17,470 nt of DNA, from contig JBDRBK010000059.1 of NCBI GenBank assembly GCA_043822705.1, positions 1 to 17,470 of the forward strand, given 5' to 3'. The position numbers and the translations under genes are program-made. Position 1 is the first letter of the stretch, and the number at the start of each line of letters is the position of its first letter. Positions 14,834-17,470 of the stretch are shown piece by piece. The notes under the pieces were generated by a model. It saw only the letters and a list, made by a program, of their open reading frames with translations, was not told where the DNA came from and searched no databases. The stretch is from Fidelibacterota bacterium (lineage in GTDB: Bacteria; Fidelibacterota; Marinisomatia; Marinisomatales; TCS56).

Positions 14834-16785
14834 GGTCTGATATCGATGCTCAGCGACCATCGTGAATCCTGTTCCTTTTCCCGGAAAAATTTTCGTTCGG
14901 AATATTCGTACTGCAAATTCGCCGTCAGTTTGCGAACTTCGTAGCGAACCGTTCCCTGCCATTTCTGCTCGCGCAGATCGTTCATCGAACCACGGATTTC
15001 CCGCTGCCCCCAGGATACCTGGGCCTTCAGATTGCGCGATAACCGCCGAAAATATTCCATGACAATCCGGTTGAATTCCTGGGAATCATCCCGCAGTGGT
15101 AATTCCTGAACACCAACCTGAACTTGGGCCATCAGATACTGGCTCAGATATGAGCCCAGGATACCGTTCAGCGACAGCGTGGTGTTGGTATAGGGGGTGA
15201 TCCGCGAATCGGAAGACTCGCGCGTCAGCTCCAGCATGAGCGGATTATAATCGAGTTTGAGAAACCAGTTGTGGTCCCGCCGTTCATCGTATGAATAGAA
15301 CGAGACCGGACTCACCCCGGAATAATTGATCGAATTGCCCTTATAACCGGCAATCAGTCCCCAAAAAGATTGATACTGGTAGGTCACACCGTAACTCAGA
15401 TTGTCATAGGCGGTCGTTTCGGTCCGTTCGCCGGTGTAAACGAAACGCACCAGAATATCGACCGAGTCGGGAATGGCGCTGACCGGCGTACGCTGAATTT
15501 CGACCGTTGTCCCGACTTCATAGATATTATAGTCAAACTCATTCAGATAATTGATCAGCCCCGTAAGATCGCTGATTTCCACCGTTCCCGGGACTACGCC
15601 GCTGACCGGCAGCAGCAGCGACACCGATTCGCTGAAATTATGGGTGATCTCACCACGCCGGGTGACTCCCTGGTCGCTGTTGATTTCAGTCCAGTGCGGT
15701 TTGTACTCCAGATTGGCCGACAAGCGGCCGGCCGGCAGTTTTTTAGTATACTCCCAACCCAACCGGTATTCCAGATCGCGTTTCCGGTAGGCATCCTCCT
15801 GATAGAATTCCCAGTTGATACCTGCCGTGGAGGTCAGGCTTAGGTATAGCTGATGTTGAAGATTGGAATTCAGGCGGTGGGTCTGCGCCACCGTGCCGCT
15901 GTTCAGATAATACTGGTAATTGTACTGGGCGGTACTGCGCAGATTACGTCCCAGCTCCTGCTGAATACGGTTGTTCCAGGTGATGCTGGTAACGGTGTCG
16001 GTTCCGACGATATTATTTCCATACAGCGAGGCCTGATAGCTATTGCGCCGGTTGGCGCCCAGCGGCAGCGAAAAGCCCGATTGAACGGTGGTGTTTTCGA
16101 TCTGTATGTCGTACAGGCCGATTTCCCGGCGGTGTATTTGCGAATGGTTTGCACGGACATTGCCTCTGAAAGATTCCAGTCCGCCCCAGGCCCCGGACAG
16201 GGAGTAACGTTCTTCGTCGACCAGAACCTGCCGGCTGCCGAAATATTCTTCGCGCTGGTCGGTGGTGTAGCCAAAACTGAGTGGCAATCGGCGGTTGCGC
16301 CAGGTCGCGTTAAGATTGGCACGCCGTGTCAGGTCTTCCGAATCCTGGAAAAAATCATTGTTCAACTGACGGTATTTGCGCAAATAGCCCAGGCTCATAC
16401 TCAGCGGTTTTTTGCTGAACAGGACACTCTGAAAAGTAACATTGCGGAAAAATCCCCGGTCGGTTGATTGCGACTGCTGCGGACCGGCCCAGGAAAACAG
16501 GTTCTGATTCAGACCGGCATCCAATGCCAGGGAATACACCATTAGATTGGGATGATAAATACTGCCGTCGCCGCCGATTTCTAGTACTTCCCTGAGTGCC
16601 TGCCGACGGGAGCGGCCGTTATAGGAGGCATCCTCGATCCGGCGCAGCTTGGATTGGAAATCGCCCGTAAAATGCAGTTCGTAATCGGTAATCCGGTACT
16701 GGAATAATTTGACCATCGGGAGCTGCTGGGCCGTCAATAGACAGGGTGCAACCGCCGCTATAATATAAAACCGCCAACTGCTCAT
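14830..16785 (-). CDS. Putative large outer-membrane beta-barrel (porin of a porin-cytochrome conduit), 651 aa
   Basis: Start at the ATGA overlap 16785 gives signal MSSWRFYIIAAVAPCLLTA-QQ. The mature chain has no long hydrophobic helix, is Tyr/Asn/Gln/Ser/Arg-rich and shows many alternating amphipathic strands (LRSTAQYNYQYY, LTSTAGINWEFY, YRLGWEYTK, LTANLQYEYSER). Flanked by multiheme cytochrome genes. Confidence 0.8.
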   Translation of the reverse strand: MSSWRFYIIAAVAPCLLTAQQLPMVKLFQYRITDYELHFTGDFQSKLRRIEDASYNGRSRRQALREVLEIGGDGSIYHPNLMVYSLALDAGLNQNLFSWAGPQQSQSTDRGFFRNVTFQSVLFSKKPLSMSLGYLRKYRQLNNDFFQDSEDLTRRANLNATWRNRRLPLSFGYTTDQREEYFGSRQVLVDEERYSLSGAWGGLESFRGNVRANHSQIHRREIGLYDIQIENTTVQSGFSLPLGANRRNSYQASLYGNNIVGTDTVTSITWNNRIQQELGRNLRSTAQYNYQYYLNSGTVAQTHRLNSNLQHQLYLSLTSTAGINWEFYQEDAYRKRDLEYRLGWEYTKKLPAGRLSANLEYKPHWTEINSDQGVTRRGEITHNFSESVSLLLPVSGVVPGTVEISDLTGLINYLNEFDYNIYEVGTTVEIQRTPVSAIPDSVDILVRFVYTGERTETTAYDNLSYGVTYQYQSFWGLIAGYKGNSINYSGVSPVSFYSYDERRDHNWFLKLDYNPLMLELTRESSDSRITPYTNTTLSLNGILGSYLSQYLMAQVQVGVQELPLRDDSQEFNRIVMEYFRRLSRNLKAQVSWGQREIRGSMNDLREQKWQGTVRYEVRKLTANLQYEYSERKFFREKEQDSRWSLSIDIRP

Positions 16786-17384
16786 CCTGAACCGCCGCCC
16801 TCCCGCGGCAGAAATTGGCTGCGATCGGAGAAATGGGGCGAATGACACTCGATGCAGACCCGATTCTCGTTAAGAACATGGGCGGCTACCCGTTCACGAT
16901 CGATTTTTTCGTGGCAGAATGTACAGATTTTATCTCCGCTCCTGGTCAGCAGTTTTTTGCCGCGCGACCGATGGGGATCATGGCAGGCCAGACACTGCCC
17001 CACCGCTACCGGACCGTGGATATAGGCATAAGGTCGGGCAAACTGTTCGTGGCAGGTGCGACAGACAAAATCGGTCCTGGCCGCCAGCAGACTTTGTCCG
17101 GACTGATCCTGATGGCATTTATTGCAGTTGCGGCCCTTATACGGTTCATGCAGGAACCAGGTGACCTGGGTGCGGTTGGTCCGCGCGAAGCCGGGGGTTA
17201 CTCCGGTTAATGGCACGATTGGAACTGTCCGGGTGGTGTCAGCCTGCTGGGCAACAACCAGGGACGGCGGCAGCGGGACGCCGTCAAAAAAAAACGACAG
17301 AACCCGATAAGTAGTTTCGTCCCGGCAAGCGGATAAACACAAAACCACCGACAGGCCCAACAACGAACGACAGGTAAAAATCAT
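16782..17384 (-). CDS. Pentaheme cytochrome c lipoprotein
   Basis: 200 aa. Lipobox LSAC, then VLSFFFDGVP and a Pro/Thr-rich linker. Five CxxCH (CNKCH, CRTCH, CLACH, CTFCH, CIECH) in doubled-CxxCH arrangement. Confidence 0.92.
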   Translation of the reverse strand: MIFTCRSLLGLSVVLCLSACRDETTYRVLSFFFDGVPLPPSLVVAQQADTTRTVPIVPLTGVTPGFARTNRTQVTWFLHEPYKGRNCNKCHQDQSGQSLLAARTDFVCRTCHEQFARPYAYIHGPVAVGQCLACHDPHRSRGKKLLTRSGDKICTFCHEKIDRERVAAHVLNENRVCIECHSPHFSDRSQFLPREGGGSG

Positions 17385-17470
17385 TGTGCCGCCGGCTCCC
17401 CACGCCGGTGGATACGTCCGTAAATGCCGATTTTGTCGGGTCCGTACTGATTGGTCACGATTATGATATA
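17381..17470 (-). CDS. 3' end of an upstream gene, probably a second NHL-repeat/beta-propeller protein (partial)
   Basis: Open frame YIIIVTNQYGPDKIGIYGRIHRRGEPAAQ-stop whose TGA overlaps ATG 17384 (ATGA). IVTNQYG..KIGIYG resembles a final NHL blade (IYVxD...RIQVF pattern). Only 29 residues are visible. Confidence 0.55.
   Translation of the reverse strand, partial: YIIIVTNQYGPDKIGIYGRIHRRGEPAAQ

Noticed and set aside
10919..16785. Naming the cluster mtrAB/dmsEF or assigning ext gene symbols
   Set aside because: Heme counts and gene order do not fit decaheme MtrA plus MtrB. Resemblance to Geobacter Ext conduits is architectural only and needs a search to confirm.
17286..17294. A9 homopolymer (T9 on the coding strand) as a phase-variation tract; also 8-nt runs near 4640 and 8214
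   Set aside because: It encodes FFF of the FFFDGVP motif, all frames are intact, and the runs are short. No evidence of slippage from a single sequence.
34..17310. Numerous plus-strand ORFs (e.g. 877-1572, 3104-3838, 6950-7681, 13330-14163) and short alternative-frame minus-strand ORFs
   Set aside because: They lie antisense to or inside well-supported minus-strand genes, show no recognisable motifs, and are typical shadow ORFs of moderately GC-rich coding DNA.
1..17470. CRISPR arrays, tRNA/rRNA, transposases, integrases or pseudogenes
   Set aside because: None seen. Recurrent short matches such as tcgtggca are reverse-complement Cys-His-Asp/Glu codons of heme motifs, not DNA repeats, and all reading frames appear intact.

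Overview
Every credible gene in this window is on the minus strand, forming two adjacent units separated by an intrinsic terminator (6179-6217). Unit 1 (17470 down to 6238) is a multiheme cytochrome c / extracellular electron transfer locus. In transcription order: the tail of a probable NHL-repeat protein, a 5-heme lipoprotein, a ~650-aa outer-membrane beta-barrel, an NHL beta-propeller, a 13-heme cytochrome with an N-terminal OmcE-like module, a 15-heme doubled-CxxCH cytochrome, a cysteine-free thioredoxin-fold/TPR protein, a histidine kinase with a periplasmic CxxCH, and an NtrC-family regulator. Last comes a 202-aa tetraheme that matches the Geobacter nanowire subunit OmcE motif for motif, behind its own candidate sigma54 promoter. 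I count 35 canonical and 3 non-canonical heme motifs. All six cleaved signal peptides in this unit appear to expose Gln at +1, pointing to an FCB-group host rather than a Geobacter. Unit 2 (6112 down to <1) is a Cus-type Cu(I)/Ag(I) efflux operon: outer-membrane factor, cusB, and a cusA that runs off the window and is missing from the ORF track. It is led by a 118-aa exported Cys-rich ORF ending in PEPPP, whose stop codon sits on an anti-Shine-Dalgarno arm able to pair with the next gene's RBS 112 nt away. That is the layout of a CutF/CruR-like nascent-peptide copper sensor. Family assignments come from motif reading and recall; no searches were run.
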